Source: Ruminococcaceae bacterium UBA1425
Lineage (GTDB): Bacteria > Bacillota > Clostridia > Oscillospirales > Acutalibacteraceae
Reading direction: 5' to 3'
Length of the DNA stretch: 64,000 nucleotides
Assembly (NCBI GenBank): GCA_002329365.1
Contig: DCUB01000012.1
Span: 34,245 to 98,244, forward strand
Positions within the stretch are counted from its first letter, which is position 1; each line of letters begins with the position of its first letter. Made by a program: the position numbers and the translations under genes. The notes under the pieces were generated by a model that saw nothing but the letters and a program-made list of their open reading frames with translations, was not told where the DNA came from and did not search any database. Positions 19,024-30,400 of the stretch are shown in pieces.

Positions 19024-19461
19024 TCAGTCGTCGCTCTTTTCGTCGTCGCTCTTATTCTCGGTCTTGGCGGATTTTTTTGCAGCCTTCTTTGCCTTTTTGT
19101 CATCAGGTGCAACCTCGTAGCCGAGAATCTCAATGATGCACATCTCGGCGGCGTCTCCGCGGCGAGTCTCAGTCTTGATGATTCGCGTATATCCGCCGCT
19201 TACATCCTTGAACCTCGGCGCTATCTCGTCAAAGAGCTTTTTGGCAACATCTTCCTTCGTCACATACGCAAGCACCTTACGCTTTGCGCTCAGCGAGTTG
19301 TCCTTGGCGACGGTGATCATCTTCTCTGTCATCGCTCGGACTTCCTTTGCCCTTGCAACTGTGGTTTCGATCCTGCCGTTTTCCAAGAGATATGTGACTA
19401 AGCCTCTGAGCATCGACCTGCGGTGGTCGGACGCTCTACCAAGTTTTCTGGTACCGGGCAT
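19024..19461 (-). CDS. rplQ: 50S ribosomal protein L17, with a Lys/Asp-rich C-terminal tail
   Basis: [20 protein letters not shown]-terminus. Confidence 0.95.
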   Translation of the reverse strand: MPGTRKLGRASDHRRSMLRGLVTYLLENGRIETTVARAKEVRAMTEKMITVAKDNSLSAKRKVLAYVTKEDVAKKLFDEIAPRFKDVSGGYTRIIKTETRRGDAAEMCIIEILGYEVAPDDKKAKKAAKKSAKTENKSDDEKSDD

Positions 19462-19484
19462 TTAAATCACTCCTTTTCAATGAC

Positions 19485-20435
19485 TTACTCGTCTTCTCTC
19501 TTGAGGTCGAAGCCCAATGAATTCAGCTTGCTGATGACCTCGTCGATAGACTTCCTGCCGAGGTTGCGAACCTTCATCATGTCCTCCTCGGTCTTGCTTA
19601 TCAGATCTTCAACAGTGTTGATGCCCGCCCTCTTCAGGCAATTGAACGAGCGGACTGAAAGGTCAAGTTCCTCAATGGTCATCTCAAGGATTTTTTCCTT
19701 GCCGTTGTCGTCCTTGACAACCATTATTTCCGTATTGTACGCCTCGTCCGAGAGATCGCTGAACAGGCTGAGATGCTCGTTGAGGATCTTGGCGCCGAGA
19801 GACACGGCGTCTTTTGCCGAAATGGTCCCGTTTGTCCAGACCTCCAAGGTAAGCTTGTCGTAGTCGGTTATCTGCCCTACGCGCGTGTTTTCAACGGTGT
19901 AGTTAACCTTGAGGACGGGGGAATAGATGGAGTCGACGGCAATGACGCCTATTACGGGCTGCATCATCTGCTTGTTTCTTTCGGCGGAAACATAGCCGCG
20001 CCCCTTGTCGCAGGTCATTTCCATGCCGAGATGGGCATCCTCGTCGAGCGAAGCTATGTGCAGTTCGGGGTTGAGGATTTCGACCTCTGAGTCTGTTTTG
20101 ATGCTGCCTGCCGTTACCTCGCCCGCGCCGTTTGCGTCGATATAAATAGTTTTGGGACCGTCGCCGTGAATCTTTAATATTACGCTTTTCAGATTAAGGA
20201 TTATTTCCGTAACGTCTTCTTTAACTCCCGGAATAGTCGTGAACTCATGAAGAATGCCGTCTATCTTTGCGGAGGTTATAGCGTAGCCCGGCATCGAAGA
20301 CAATAGTACCCGTCTGAGACTGTTGCCCAGCGTTGTTCCGTAGCCTCTCTCAAGCGGCTCTACTATAAACTTACCGTAAGTGCCGTCGGGTAGAAGGTCG
20401 GTCGTTTCGATTTTGGGCTTTTCAATTCCTATCAT
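19485..20435 (-). CDS. rpoA: DNA-directed RNA polymerase subunit alpha
   Basis: Typical N-terminal domain and C-terminal domain ([16 protein letters not shown]). Confidence 0.95.
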   Translation of the reverse strand: MIGIEKPKIETTDLLPDGTYGKFIVEPLERGYGTTLGNSLRRVLLSSMPGYAITSAKIDGILHEFTTIPGVKEDVTEIILNLKSVILKIHGDGPKTIYIDANGAGEVTAGSIKTDSEVEILNPELHIASLDEDAHLGMEMTCDKGRGYVSAERNKQMMQPVIGVIAVDSIYSPVLKVNYTVENTRVGQITDYDKLTLEVWTNGTISAKDAVSLGAKILNEHLSLFSDLSDEAYNTEIMVVKDDNGKEKILEMTIEELDLSVRSFNCLKRAGINTVEDLISKTEEDMMKVRNLGRKSIDEVISKLNSLGFDLKREDE

Positions 20436-20503
20436 TCAAAACCCTCCTTGTAATGTTGGTGGATATCTCTGTGTGAGTTGTTCTCAATAAGCCTCAGTGG
20501 GCA

Positions 20504-21124
20504 TTATTTGGAGTAGAACTCAACAATGAGATGCTCCTCAACGGGAGCCTCGATCTGGTCTCTCTCGGGCAGGTTTATTACCTTTCCGATGGAATCGTCG
20601 CGCTCAAGCCATGCGGGTACGGGACGCGCGGCGTTGGCGTCGAGAACAGCCTTGAACTTCTCGCTTTCAAGACTCCTTTCCTTAATGGAAACAGCGTCGC
20701 CTGCCTTGAGAAGGTATGACGGAATATCTACCTTTCTGCCGTTAACGCGGTAATGACCGTGCTGAACGAGCTGCCTCGCTTCCGCCCTTGAGTTTGCCCA
20801 GCCCAGAAGATAAACCACATTGTCAAGGCGGCTCTCGCAGATGCGGAGAAGGTTTTCGCCCGTAACGCCGGATTTGCGCTCGGCCATAAGGAAATATTTG
20901 TGGAACTGTCCTTCCTGGATACCGTAAAAACGTCTCGCCTGCTGTTTGGCACGAAGCTGAAGTCCGTATTCGGAAGTTTTCTTGCGGCTCTGCCCGTGCT
21001 GACCGGGAGCGTACGAACGGCGCTCGACCGAGCATTTTCCCGTATAGCAGCGCTCGCCCTTCAGAAAGAGCTTTTTACCCTCCCTGCGGCAAAGCTTGCA
21101 GACCGCACCGGTATATCTTGACAT
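20504..21124 (-). CDS. rpsD: 30S ribosomal protein S4
   Basis: [16 protein letters not shown]... with a 4-Cys N-terminal motif. Confidence 0.95.
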   Translation of the reverse strand: MSRYTGAVCKLCRREGKKLFLKGERCYTGKCSVERRSYAPGQHGQSRKKTSEYGLQLRAKQQARRFYGIQEGQFHKYFLMAERKSGVTGENLLRICESRLDNVVYLLGWANSRAEARQLVQHGHYRVNGRKVDIPSYLLKAGDAVSIKERSLESEKFKAVLDANAARPVPAWLERDDSIGKVINLPERDQIEAPVEEHLIVEFYSK

Positions 21125-21146
21125 TTATTGCACCTCCAAAATTTGA

Positions 21147-21554
21147 TTACACGCGCCTTCTTTTGGGCGGGCGGCAGCCGTTGTGCGGAATCGGGGTAAC
21201 ATCCTTTATCATGTTGACCTCAAGACCGGCCGTCTGCAAAGCCCTGATGGCGGCCTCGCGTCCCTGGCCGGGACCCTTGACGTATACCTCAACCGTCTTC
21301 ATACCGTGCTCCATAGCCGCTTTTGCGGCTGTTTCGGCAGCGGTCTGAGCCGCGAACGGAGTTGACTTTCTTGAGCCTCTGAAGCCCATTTCGCCGGCGC
21401 TTGCCCACGACACGGCGTTGCCGCGGGTGTCGGTTATTGTGACTATCGTGTTGTTAAAGGTGGACTGGATATGGGCAGCGCCGCGCTCGATATTCTTGCG
21501 CTCGCGGCGTCTGCGCGTAGCAGTATTCTTTTTGCCTGCACCCTTAATAGCCAT
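21147..21554 (-). CDS. rpsK: 30S ribosomal protein S11
   Basis: Family sequence plus position in the alpha operon. Confidence 0.95.
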   Translation of the reverse strand: MAIKGAGKKNTATRRRRERKNIERGAAHIQSTFNNTIVTITDTRGNAVSWASAGEMGFRGSRKSTPFAAQTAAETAAKAAMEHGMKTVEVYVKGPGQGREAAIRALQTAGLEVNMIKDVTPIPHNGCRPPKRRRV

Positions 21555-21569
21555 ACTTCTCCTCCTATA

Positions 21570-21938
21570 TTACTTCTTCTTATTCGCAATGGTCTTTTTC
21601 GGGCCCTTGCGTGTGCGGGCATTTGTCTTTGAGCGCTGACCCCTGACGGGCAGACCCTTGCGATGACGAATGCCGCGGTAGCAGCCGATTTCGATGAGCC
21701 TTTTGATATCGAACGCCGTTTCCCTGCGGAGGTCGCCCTCAACCTTGACGTTGTGGTCGATATACTCACGGAGCTTTGAAACGTCGTCCTCCGTCAAATC
21801 CTTGACTCTTGTATCGGGGTTTACGCCTGTCGCAGCGAGGATGTCGACGGCGGTTTTGCGACCTATACCGTAGATATAGGTAAGACCGATTTCAACTCTT
21901 TTATCTCTTGGTAAATCAACGCCTGAAATACGAGCCAT
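21570..21938 (-). CDS. rpsM: 30S ribosomal protein S13
   Basis: [15 protein letters not shown]-terminus. Confidence 0.95.
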   Translation of the reverse strand: MARISGVDLPRDKRVEIGLTYIYGIGRKTAVDILAATGVNPDTRVKDLTEDDVSKLREYIDHNVKVEGDLRRETAFDIKRLIEIGCYRGIRHRKGLPVRGQRSKTNARTRKGPKKTIANKKK

Positions 21939-21974
21939 TTGTCAGTTGCACCTCCATTAAATGGTTTGCGCCGG

Positions 21975-22088
21975 TTAACCCTGACGCTGCTTGTGCTTGG
22001 GATTTTCACAGATGACCATTACTCTTCCCTTGCGCTTGATGATTTTGCATTTTTCGCATATTTTCTTTACAGAAGGTCTGACTTTCAT
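21975..22088 (-). CDS. rpmJ: 50S ribosomal protein L36 (37 aa, Zn-binding form). Not in the ORF track
   Basis: Reverse-complement translation gives [37 protein letters not shown]. Confidence 0.95.
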   Translation of the reverse strand: MKVRPSVKKICEKCKIIKRKGRVMVICENPKHKQRQG

Positions 22089-22106
22089 AAGAATTACCTC
22101 CTTTAT

Positions 22107-22325
22107 TTACTTGGAACGCCATGTAATCCGCCCTCTGGTAAGGTCGTATGGCGACATTTCGACCGTAACCTTGTCACCCGGAAGTATGCGGATGTAGTTC
22201 ATCCTGAGCTTGCCGGATATGTGGGCCAATATCCTGTGCCCGTTCTTAAGCTCCACCTGAAAGGTAGCATTCGGAAGGGCTTCTACAACGGTACCTTCGA
22301 TTTCGATCATATCCTGTTTGGACAT
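22107..22325 (-). CDS. infA: Translation initiation factor IF-1
   Basis: [26 protein letters not shown]. Confidence 0.95.
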   Translation of the reverse strand: MSKQDMIEIEGTVVEALPNATFQVELKNGHRILAHISGKLRMNYIRILPGDKVTVEMSPYDLTRGRITWRSK

Positions 22326-22600
22326 TCAGACACCTCCTGAGGTTTTTCGCCCTGCTGCCCCTGCTTTTCGGAGACCGCGGCGAGCGCTTTTTTTAAGGCT
22401 CGGTTGCTTCCGGCCAAATTTATGTCAAGCAAGATTCCCGTATCCGCGACATGGCGGATATTTTTCAGCTTGGGTTTTTCGACCGGACGTTCCCTGCCGT
22501 CGCAGACAAGGACGCCGTTTTCCGTTATGTCCGTTACAAGCATCAGCCTGCCTTTGTCACGTCCTGCGAGCGATTTAATTACGCTGCCTTTTTTAAGCAT
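22307..22600 (-). CDS. KOW domain-containing RNA-binding protein (L14E-like) between map and infA
   Basis: [25 protein letters not shown]-type motif. About 97 aa. Confidence 0.75.
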   Translation of the reverse strand: MLKKGSVIKSLAGRDKGRLMLVTDITENGVLVCDGRERPVEKPKLKNIRHVADTGILLDINLAGSNRALKKALAAVSEKQGQQGEKPQEVSECPNRI

Positions 22601-22611
22601 TTCCGTCCTCC

Positions 22612-23361
22612 TCACAGCTGCGTAAGGATTACGGGCCCGTCGGGCGTTACGGCTACAGTGTGTTCAAAATGCGCGGAAAGCTTTCCGTCGCGCGTTTTAA
22701 CCGTCCAGCCGTCGGGCATTACTTTTACGGCTCCCGAACCCTGATTTATCATCGGCTCGATTGCGATAGTCATGCCGGGCAAAAGGCGGACGCCTCGCCC
22801 CGGTGTGCCGAAATTCGGCACCGCCGGATCTTCGTGCATGTTGCGTCCGACGCCGTGACCGGTAAACTCGCGCACGATTCCGTAGCCTCGCGACTCGCAG
22901 TATCTCTGAACCGCCGAACCAATGTCTCCGACTCTGCCGCCAGCGACAGCCATTTTGATGCCCTCGTAAAGGCTCTCTCTTGTCGTGTCGCTCAGCCGCT
23001 TCGCCTCGGGGCTTATTCTGCCCGCCGCGAAAGTGGCGGCGTTGTCTCCGACAAAACCGTTCAGCGTGGCTCCCAGGTCAATGCTGACAAGATCGCCCTC
23101 TTTGATAACGCGGTTTTTGCTCGGTATGCCGTGAATGACCTCGTCGTTTATTGAAATGCATGCGGTAGCGGGAAAACCGTTGTAGTTCAGGAATGTGGGG
23201 TTAGCTCCCCGCTTTGTGATATAATCATAAGCAATTTTATCAATCTCGGCCGTTGAAACACCCGGCTGAACAGCCGTTCCGGCTGCCCTTAATGCTCCTG
23301 CCGCTATAACGCACGCCTCTTTCATAAGGGCGAGCTCCTTTGTTGTTTTGAGCACTATCAT
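22612..23361 (-). CDS. map: Type I methionine aminopeptidase
   Basis: Metal ligand pattern (D..D..H..E..E context). GGAGGAG RBS before the ATG at 23361. Confidence 0.92.
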   Translation of the reverse strand: MIVLKTTKELALMKEACVIAAGALRAAGTAVQPGVSTAEIDKIAYDYITKRGANPTFLNYNGFPATACISINDEVIHGIPSKNRVIKEGDLVSIDLGATLNGFVGDNAATFAAGRISPEAKRLSDTTRESLYEGIKMAVAGGRVGDIGSAVQRYCESRGYGIVREFTGHGVGRNMHEDPAVPNFGTPGRGVRLLPGMTIAIEPMINQGSGAVKVMPDGWTVKTRDGKLSAHFEHTVAVTPDGPVILTQL

Positions 23362-23379
23362 GCCGGCTCCTCCGTACAC

Positions 23380-24732
23380 TTAATCAAGGAAGCCCTTGTA
23401 GTGACGCATCATCATCTGGCTTTCAAGCTGCTTCGCGGTTTCGAGAGCGACGCCGACCATAATGATGATTGATGTGCCGCCGAGCGAGATGTTCATCGCG
23501 TAATTGACTCCGCCGATGGTGATAAGCGTCGTTACCTGTGAGAAGATTATCGGGAACAGCGCCACAACGCTTAAAAGAAGCGCGCCGAGCAGCGTGATTC
23601 TTGAAATAATCCTCGCGATATAATCAGAGGTGGGCTTGCCCGGACGAAGCCCCGGAACGGCGCCGCTGTTTTTGCGGATGTTGTTTGCCATTTCAACGGG
23701 GTTGTACTGTATCGACGAATAGAAGAACGCGAACGCTATGATGAAGAAGAAGTATATTATCGTGTACGCCCAATGCTCGGAGGTAAACACGTTAAAGAAT
23801 TTCTTTAAGCCTTCGCTGGGGTCTGATATGAATAGCTCCACGGTGGGAGGAAGCGAGAGAAACGACGACGCGAAGATAACCGGCATAACACCCGACATGT
23901 TGACCTTGATGGGTATATGCGTGCTCTGACCGCCGTACATCTTTCTGCCGACCACTCTCTTGGCGTACTGGACGGGTATGCGCCTTTCGGCGTTGTCCAT
24001 CCAGACTATATAGGCTATCATCAGAAGAAGTATTACACCTGCAAGGGGAGAAAGCACATAGAAGGCGCCGCCTCTTGCGAGATAGCCGACGCTGGGGTTA
24101 AGGCTGTAAAGGGTTGCAAGCAGCGTCGGGATTCGCGAAACGATACCGGCAAAAAGGATAATCGAAATTCCGTTGCCGATGCCCTTGTCGTTAATCTGCT
24201 CGCCGAGCCACATTATAAGCGCGGTGCCGCCGACAAAGGTGATGATGATTACAAGCGCCTGGAACACTGCCCAGAAGCCGGTATACGCGGAGCCGTCGGT
24301 GGATGCAAGAAGGAATCCCTGATTTTTGAGGTAGAAGTAATACGCCGTGCTTTGAAGCGCGCCGAGAATCATTGTTACCCAGCGGGTAATCGACGCAATC
24401 TTCTTTCTGCCTTCCTCGCCCTCCTTCTGGAGCCTTTCGAGCGCGGGAATAGCCACCGTCAGCAATTGCATGATAATGGAACTGTTGATGTAGGGTGTGA
24501 TGGACATCGCGAAAATCGTACCGTAGTTGAACGCGTTGCCCGTCATCATGCTCAGGTATTCCATAAAGGTTCCGGCGCTCTCCTGAACGTCGATGATTCC
24601 CGCCTCGCCGATGTCGAGGAAGGGAACGGGAATAGCCGAGCCAATCCTGAAGACAAGGATTATGAACAGCGTGAAGAGCATCTTTTTCCGAAGCTCCGGG
24701 ATCTTCCACGCGTTAACGAGGATCTTGAACAT
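23380..24732 (-). CDS. secY: Preprotein translocase subunit SecY
   Basis: 10-TM profile and family motifs. Position in the spc operon. Confidence 0.95.
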   Translation of the reverse strand: MFKILVNAWKIPELRKKMLFTLFIILVFRIGSAIPVPFLDIGEAGIIDVQESAGTFMEYLSMMTGNAFNYGTIFAMSITPYINSSIIMQLLTVAIPALERLQKEGEEGRKKIASITRWVTMILGALQSTAYYFYLKNQGFLLASTDGSAYTGFWAVFQALVIIITFVGGTALIMWLGEQINDKGIGNGISIILFAGIVSRIPTLLATLYSLNPSVGYLARGGAFYVLSPLAGVILLLMIAYIVWMDNAERRIPVQYAKRVVGRKMYGGQSTHIPIKVNMSGVMPVIFASSFLSLPPTVELFISDPSEGLKKFFNVFTSEHWAYTIIYFFFIIAFAFFYSSIQYNPVEMANNIRKNSGAVPGLRPGKPTSDYIARIISRITLLGALLLSVVALFPIIFSQVTTLITIGGVNYAMNISLGGTSIIIMVGVALETAKQLESQMMMRHYKGFLD

Positions 24733-24733
24733 G

Positions 24734-25177
24734 TCAGATCACCTCAGCCTTTCCGCCGGCAGCCTCAATCTTCTGTTTGGCGCTATCGGAGAAGGCGTTT
24801 GCTTTAACCGTGAGGTTTTTCGTTATTTCGCCGTTTCCTAAGATCTTTACGCCGTCAAGAGTCTTTTTAACAAGACCGGCATTTTTGAGCGCGTCAATAT
24901 CGACAACCGCTCCGCTTTCAAATCTGTCTTCAAGCGCCGATAAATTGACAATTGTCATTTCCTTGCCGAAGATGTTTACAAAGCCTCTCTTGGGAACACG
25001 TCTCTGAAGGGGCATCTGGCCGCCTTCAAAACCTGCGCGCATACCTCTGCCCGCGCGGGCTTTCTGGCCCTTGTGACCTTTACCGGCGGTTTTGCCCTGA
25101 CCTGACGCCGGGCCTCTGCCGATACGCTTGCGCTCCTTTGTGGAGCCCTCCGCGGGTGAAAGATTGTGTAATCTCAT
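24734..25177 (-). CDS. rplO: 50S ribosomal protein L15
   Basis: Family sequence and operon order. Confidence 0.95.
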   Translation of the reverse strand: MRLHNLSPAEGSTKERKRIGRGPASGQGKTAGKGHKGQKARAGRGMRAGFEGGQMPLQRRVPKRGFVNIFGKEMTIVNLSALEDRFESGAVVDIDALKNAGLVKKTLDGVKILGNGEITKNLTVKANAFSDSAKQKIEAAGGKAEVI

Positions 25178-25401
25178 TACTTCGCACCTCCTTGATCGGT
25201 TTCCTTGACCTCAATGAGATGACCTATTTTTCTGATTTTGCCCTGGGTAGCGGGGATATCCGGCTGAACGGAGATGTCGCCTATCTTGTGAAGACCAAGC
25301 GCATGGGCGGTGGCAATTTGATCCTTTTTGCTGCCTATAAGGCTTTTTGCAAGCTTTATCTCAACATAGCTTTGCTTAGCTGCTTTAGCTGCTCTTGCCA
25401 T
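25177..25401 (-). CDS. rpmD: 50S ribosomal protein L30, with a short N-terminal extension
   Basis: [23 protein letters not shown] core. Confidence 0.9.
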   Translation of the reverse strand: MARAAKAAKQSYVEIKLAKSLIGSKKDQIATAHALGLHKIGDISVQPDIPATQGKIRKIGHLIEVKETDQGGAK

Positions 25402-25415
25402 TTATTCCACCCTCC

Positions 25416-25919
25416 TTATCCTAAAATCTCGCTTGCCGGCTTGCCGCGGACAGCCGCGACCTCGTCGACGTTGCGAAGCCTTGAAAGACCGTCAAGCGTA
25501 GCCCTGACAACGTTGCAGGGATTGTTTGAGCGGAGCGCCTTTGAACGGATGTCCTTGATTCCGACTGTTTCGACAACCGCGCGGACAGGTCCGCCGGCTA
25601 TAACGCCTGTACCGGGAGCGGCAGGCTTGAGCAGGACTACGCCCGCGCCGAACTTGCCGATAATCTCGTGAGGTATGGTCGTGCCCTTAAGAGAAACCTT
25701 GAACAGGTTTTTCTTCGCGTCCTCAATGCCCTTGCGGATAGCGTCGGGAACCTCGCCCGATTTGCCGAGTCCGAAGCCGATAGTGCCCTGACCGTCGCCG
25801 ACAACGACGAGAGCCGAAAACTTGAATATGCGTCCGCCCTTGACTGTTTTTGAAACGCGGTTAATGGCGACGACGCGCTCTGTAAGCTCCATAGCCGATG
25901 AGTCAATCTTGTTAGCCAA
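25416..25919 (-). CDS. rpsE: 30S ribosomal protein S5
   Basis: Family sequence and operon order. Confidence 0.95.
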   Translation of the reverse strand: MANKIDSSAMELTERVVAINRVSKTVKGGRIFKFSALVVVGDGQGTIGFGLGKSGEVPDAIRKGIEDAKKNLFKVSLKGTTIPHEIIGKFGAGVVLLKPAAPGTGVIAGGPVRAVVETVGIKDIRSKALRSNNPCNVVRATLDGLSRLRNVDEVAAVRGKPASEILG

Positions 25920-25937
25920 AAGTGTTACCTCCTCCTC

Positions 25938-26297
25938 TTAGAACTTGAGGCCGCCCTCGCGGGCGCCTTCGGCCAGTTCCCGAACACGGCCGTGATAGAT
26001 GTAGCCGCCGCGGTCGAACACACACTGTGTGATCTTCTTCTCGGCAGCGCGCTGGGCAAGAAGCTCGCCCACCTTGCGGGCTGCGGATATATTTCCGCCG
26101 TAATTCTCAAAACCCTTCTCAACAGTAGAGGCTGACACAAGGGTTTCGCCCTTAACGTCGTCTATTAACTGAGCGTAGGTGTTCTGAAGGGAGCGGAATA
26201 CATTAAGGCGGGGGCAATCGGCCGTGCCGCTGATTTTGGCGCGGACTCTTTTATGGCGCGCTTGCCTTGCCTTTCTGGTGTCCGGTCTGTTTACCAT
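25938..26297 (-). CDS. rplR: 50S ribosomal protein L18
   Basis: Family sequence and operon order. Confidence 0.95.
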   Translation of the reverse strand: MVNRPDTRKARQARHKRVRAKISGTADCPRLNVFRSLQNTYAQLIDDVKGETLVSASTVEKGFENYGGNISAARKVGELLAQRAAEKKITQCVFDRGGYIYHGRVRELAEGAREGGLKF

Positions 26298-26319
26298 TGA
26301 TTTTCAACTCCTTATTAGA

Positions 26320-26865
26320 CTACTTGCCGCCCTTGCCGGCCTTGCCTTCCTTGCGGCGGATTGTTTCGTCGACGTACTTGATGCCCTTGCCCTTGTACGG
26401 CTCGGGGGGACGCTTACCGCGGATTTCCGCCGCGAACTGACCGACCTTCTGTTTGTCGGAGCCGAGCACTACTATCTTGTTCGGCGCGGGGACCTCTACC
26501 GTGACTCCCTCAGGCTCATCCATAAACACCTGATGCGAATAACCCACGTTAAGCACAAGCTGCTTGCCCTGCTTTGCGGCACGGAAGCCGACGCCGTTTA
26601 TTTCAAGCTCTTTTTTGAAACCCTCGTTAACGCCGACAACCATGTTGTTGATGAGCGTTCTCGTAAGCCCGTGAAGCGACCTGTTAAGCTTGTCGTCGTT
26701 GGGGCGGGAAACCTTTATACCGGTTCCGTCCTTTTCGAGAATCATGTTGCCGTGCATTGTTTTAGTGAGGGTGCCTTTGGGGCCCTTTACCGTTACAGTG
26801 CTGCCGTCGATTGTAACATCGACGCCCGCGGGGATAACGATTGGCTGCTTTCCTATACGAGACAT
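26320..26865 (-). CDS. rplF: 50S ribosomal protein L6
   Basis: [10 protein letters not shown]-terminus. Confidence 0.95.
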   Translation of the reverse strand: MSRIGKQPIVIPAGVDVTIDGSTVTVKGPKGTLTKTMHGNMILEKDGTGIKVSRPNDDKLNRSLHGLTRTLINNMVVGVNEGFKKELEINGVGFRAAKQGKQLVLNVGYSHQVFMDEPEGVTVEVPAPNKIVVLGSDKQKVGQFAAEIRGKRPPEPYKGKGIKYVDETIRRKEGKAGKGGK

Positions 26866-26880
26866 TCTGACAGCACCTCC

Positions 26881-27279
26881 TTACCAGATAAACGCAAGAA
26901 CTTCGCCGCCGACATTGGCCTTGCGAGCGTCCTTGTCAGTCATAATACCCTTTGACGTTGAGAGGATGGCAATACCGAGACCCTTCATGACCTTCGGAAT
27001 GTCCTCACAATTTGAATATATACGCAGGCCGGGCTTGGAAACTCTGCGTAAACCGGTGATAACCTGTGATTTGTTGGGACCGTACTTAAGAGCGATTTCA
27101 ATAACGCCCTGCTTGCCGTCGTCCTCAACCTTAAAGCTTTTTACATATCCCTCGTCAACAAGAATCTGAGCAATTGCCTTCTTCATGTTGGATGCGGGAA
27201 TCTTCACCGAGTCATGCTTTGCTGAATTAGCATTGCGAATTCTCGTTAACATATCTGCTATCGAATCAGTGATCTGCAT
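26881..27279 (-). CDS. rpsH: 30S ribosomal protein S8
   Basis: Start at [17 protein letters not shown] inside the longer ORF. Confidence 0.95.
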   Translation of the reverse strand: MQITDSIADMLTRIRNANSAKHDSVKIPASNMKKAIAQILVDEGYVKSFKVEDDGKQGVIEIALKYGPNKSQVITGLRRVSKPGLRIYSNCEDIPKVMKGLGIAILSTSKGIMTDKDARKANVGGEVLAFIW

Positions 27280-27310
27280 AACCGTTTTTCCTCCTTTGCA
27301 ATTGCTCTGA

Positions 27311-27496
27311 CTACCAGCTTGCTTTCTTAACCCCGGGAATCTGGCCCGCGTGAGCCAGCTCGCGGAAGCATATACGGCACACTCCGTACTTGCGGAGGTA
27401 GGCATGCGGCCTGCCGCAGATTTTGCACCTGTTATACTGCCGAGAAGAATATTTAGCCGGCCTTGCCTGCTTAACCTTCATTGATGTTTTGGCCAC
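27311..27496 (-). CDS. rpsN: 30S ribosomal protein S14 type Z (61 aa, CxxC...CxxC)
   Basis: [20 protein letters not shown]. Confidence 0.95.
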   Translation of the reverse strand: MAKTSMKVKQARPAKYSSRQYNRCKICGRPHAYLRKYGVCRICFRELAHAGQIPGVKKASW

Positions 27497-27508
27497 TTTG
27501 TTCCCTCC

Positions 27509-28051
27509 TTATCTCGCAAACGGCGCGCCCAGCAGCGTTAAAAGCTCGCGCGCTTCTTCGTCGGTATTCGCGGTGGTTACAATGCATACGTCCATGCCGC
27601 GAACCTTGTCTATCTTATCGTAGTCGATTTCGGGGAATATAAGCTGCTCCCTGACGCCGACGGAATAATTGCCGCGGCCGTCGAAAGAGTTGGGGTTGAT
27701 TCCCCTGAAGTCTCTGACTCTCGGGAGAGCAAGATTGAAGAACCTGTCAAGGAACTCGTACATTCTCTCGCCTCTGAGCGTGACCTTCACGCCGATTGTC
27801 ATGCCTTCGCGGAGCTTGAAGTTTGCGACCGACTTCTTCGCCTTGCAGAGAACGGGCTTCTGACCTGTTATCTGCATGATGTCGGAAACGATAGCGTCGA
27901 GAACCTTGGGGTTGTCGCGCGCCTCACCGCAACCTACGTTGACGACTATCTTGTCAAGCTTCGGGATTTGCATGACGCTCTTATACTGAAACTTCTTCAT
28001 GAGAGCGGGCGCGACCTCGTTCAAGTAAGCTTCTTTAAGTCTTGCTGCCAT
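27509..28051 (-). CDS. rplE: 50S ribosomal protein L5
   Basis: Family sequence and operon order. Confidence 0.95.
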   Translation of the reverse strand: MAARLKEAYLNEVAPALMKKFQYKSVMQIPKLDKIVVNVGCGEARDNPKVLDAIVSDIMQITGQKPVLCKAKKSVANFKLREGMTIGVKVTLRGERMYEFLDRFFNLALPRVRDFRGINPNSFDGRGNYSVGVREQLIFPEIDYDKIDKVRGMDVCIVTTANTDEEARELLTLLGAPFAR

Positions 28052-28068
28052 CTGTCATGTTCCTCCCT

Positions 28069-28398
28069 TTATTCAAATTCCGCGCGGCAGTCGCTCTTTT
28101 TGCAGGCGCGCATCTTTTTGCCTTTTGAGTTTATCGTATGCCCGACTCTTGTCGGCCTGCCGCACTTGGGGCAGATGAGCTGGACCTTTTCGGCGTAGAG
28201 CGCGCTCTCCGCCTCGATAAGTCCGCCGGGATCGCCCATCTTGCGGGGCTTTACATGCTTTGTGACGATGTTAATGCCCTCAACGATAACCTTTCCCTCG
28301 GACGGGCTGACCTGCATGACCTTACCCCTCTTGCCGCGGTATTTGCCGTTGATGACGACTACCGTATCGCCTGTTTTGACATGAACCTTCTTATTCAT
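28069..28398 (-). CDS. rplX: 50S ribosomal protein L24, with a four-Cys C-terminal segment
   Basis: KOW motif VKTGDTVVVINGKYRGKRGKV. C-terminus reads CPKCGRPTRVGHTINSKGKKMRACKKSDC. Confidence 0.93.
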   Translation of the reverse strand: MNKKVHVKTGDTVVVINGKYRGKRGKVMQVSPSEGKVIVEGINIVTKHVKPRKMGDPGGLIEAESALYAEKVQLICPKCGRPTRVGHTINSKGKKMRACKKSDCRAEFE

Positions 28399-28412
28399 TT
28401 CCGTACCTCCGA

Positions 28413-28781
28413 TCAAAGCACTTCGGGAGCCAGTGAGAGAATCTTTAAATAGTCCTTTTCACGAAGCTCTCTCGCAACCGGCCCGAAAATACGCGTGCCT
28501 CTCGGGTTTTTGTCTTCCCTTATTATTACGGCCGCGTTATCGTCGAAGCGGATGTAAGTACCGTCGTTGCGGCGCACGCCCTTTGCCGTGCGGACTACGA
28601 CAGCCCTGACAACATCGCCTTTTTTAACAACTCCGCCGGGTGTTGCCTTCTTGACAGAAGCAACAACGACGTCGCCTATATTGGCATATCTTTTGCCGGA
28701 ACCACCGAGAACACGAATACACATGATTTCCTTGGCGCCGGTATTGTCTGCCACTTTCAGGTAACTCTGCTGCTGTACCAC
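28413..28781 (-). CDS. rplN: 50S ribosomal protein L14
   Basis: [17 protein letters not shown]. Confidence 0.95.
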   Translation of the reverse strand: MVQQQSYLKVADNTGAKEIMCIRVLGGSGKRYANIGDVVVASVKKATPGGVVKKGDVVRAVVVRTAKGVRRNDGTYIRFDDNAAVIIREDKNPRGTRIFGPVARELREKDYLKILSLAPEVL

Positions 28782-28808
28782 AGTGTCTGCCTCCTTAATT
28801 GTTCCGGA

Positions 28809-29066
28809 TTATTTCGCTTTATCGATGATTTCGGCAACGCGCCATCTCTTGTCTTTTGAAAGCGGGCGCGTTTCCATGATGAGCACGCGGTCTCCGATGC
28901 CGCATTCGTTGTTTTCGTCGTGCGCCTTAAGCTTGATTGTGCGGTTGACGATTTTTTTGTAAAGCGGATGTCTGACCTTGTCTTTTACCGAAACGACAAC
29001 GGTCTTATCCATTTTATCGCTTGTAACCAGACCAACGCGGGTCTTTCTGAGATTTCTTTCACTCAT
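28809..29066 (-). CDS. rpsQ: 30S ribosomal protein S17
   Basis: Family sequence and operon order. Confidence 0.95.
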   Translation of the reverse strand: MSERNLRKTRVGLVTSDKMDKTVVVSVKDKVRHPLYKKIVNRTIKLKAHDENNECGIGDRVLIMETRPLSKDKRWRVAEIIDKAK

Positions 29067-29084
29067 TGTTTAACCCATCCTTTC

Positions 29085-29288
29085 TTACGAATCGGAGCCG
29101 TGAAGTTCAATGTCGCGCTGGATTGTTTTTACCCTCGCGATATCCTTCTTGACGGCGTTGATGCGCATAGGGTTGTCGAGCTGGTTAATGGCTTGCTGGA
29201 AGCGCAGCTTAAACAGCTCGTCCTTCAGCTCAAGAAGCTTAGCATCCAGCTCTTTTGCGGAAAGTTTTCTGATTTCACTGGCTTTCAT
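29085..29288 (-). CDS. rpmC: 50S ribosomal protein L29
   Basis: Family sequence and operon order. Confidence 0.95.
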   Translation of the reverse strand: MKASEIRKLSAKELDAKLLELKDELFKLRFQQAINQLDNPMRINAVKKDIARVKTIQRDIELHGSDS

Positions 29289-29713
29289 TCTTGCTCACCG
29301 CCCGTTTCTTCCTTAGATACAAACTTGCACTTAATGGGAAGTTTGTTTGCGGCAAGGCGCATTGCCTCCTCCGCGAGCTCTCTGTCGATACCGGCAATTT
29401 CAAACATTACCCTGCCGGGCTTGACAACAGCTACCCAATATTCGGGAGAACCTTTACCGGAACCCATGCGGGTTTCGGCGGGCTTCTCCGTAATCGGCTT
29501 GTCGGGGAAAATCTTGATCCAGACCTGTCCGCCTCTTTTGATGCAGCGGGTCATAGCGATACGGGCGGCCTCAATCTGGTTTGAGGTGATCCACGCCGGC
29601 TCAAGAGCCATCAGACCGTAATCACCGTAATTGACCTCATTACCGCGATGAGCAGTGCCCTTCATACGGCCTCTGTGGACTCTGCGGTATTTCACACGCT
29701 TAGGTAACAGCAT
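29285..29713 (-). CDS. rplP: 50S ribosomal protein L16
   Basis: Start at [15 protein letters not shown] inside the longer ORF. Confidence 0.95.
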   Translation of the reverse strand: MLLPKRVKYRRVHRGRMKGTAHRGNEVNYGDYGLMALEPAWITSNQIEAARIAMTRCIKRGGQVWIKIFPDKPITEKPAETRMGSGKGSPEYWVAVVKPGRVMFEIAGIDRELAEEAMRLAANKLPIKCKFVSKEETGGEQE

Positions 29714-30381
29714 TATCTGGCTCCTCCTTCTCTGCGGGATCTGCGGTTGTCGTGAAGAACCTCGCCCCTGTATATCCAGACCTTGATACCGATACGTCCG
29801 TACGTCGTCTTTGCCTCCGCAAAGCCGTAGTCGATGTCGGCTCTTATTGTCTGAAGCGGGATTGTTCCTTCGTGATAATGCTCGGTGCGGGCGATTTCGG
29901 CGCCGCCTAATCTGCCCGATACCTGGCACTTGATTCCTTTCGCGCCGAGCTTCATTGTGCGGCCGATTGCCTGCTTCAACGCGCGGCGGAAGGAAATACG
30001 TCTTTCAAGCTGTGATGCGATGCTTTCCGCAACGAGCTGAGCGTTGAGGTCCGGCTGCTTTATCTCAACTATGTTGAGCGAGACGTCCTTGCCGCCGAGC
30101 CTGTCGGAGCAGAGCTTCTTAAGCTTTTCAATCTCGGCGCCGCCGCGGCCGATTACCATGCCGGGCTTCGCGCAGTGAATGTTGACGTAAACCCTTTTGG
30201 TGTCGCGTTCAATCTCTATTTTCGGCACTCCTGCGGGAGCAAGAAGCTTGAGAAGGAACTCACGGAGCTCGTAATCCTCATAAAGGGTGTTTGCGAAATC
30301 CTTTTCATTCGCGTACCAGCGGGATTCCCAATTTTTGATGACACCGATTCTTAAACCGGTCGGATTTACTTTTTGTCCCAT
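29713..30381 (-). CDS. rpsC: 30S ribosomal protein S3
   Basis: Start at [13 protein letters not shown]. Confidence 0.95.
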   Translation of the reverse strand: MGQKVNPTGLRIGVIKNWESRWYANEKDFANTLYEDYELREFLLKLLAPAGVPKIEIERDTKRVYVNIHCAKPGMVIGRGGAEIEKLKKLCSDRLGGKDVSLNIVEIKQPDLNAQLVAESIASQLERRISFRRALKQAIGRTMKLGAKGIKCQVSGRLGGAEIARTEHYHEGTIPLQTIRADIDYGFAEAKTTYGRIGIKVWIYRGEVLHDNRRSRREGGAR

Positions 30382-30400
30382 TGTTTTTCCTCCTCCTCGC

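Noticed and set aside
23917-24807. 296-aa plus-strand ORF opposite secY. Similar long antisense ORFs lie at 24952-25671, 26224-26955, 28920-29621, 19423-19863 and 19773-20090, opposite ribosomal and rpoA genes
   Set aside because: They lie antisense to unambiguous, highly conserved genes. Their translations are low-complexity (Arg/Ala/Leu-rich), lack RBSs, and are typical of open antisense frames in GC-rich coding DNA.
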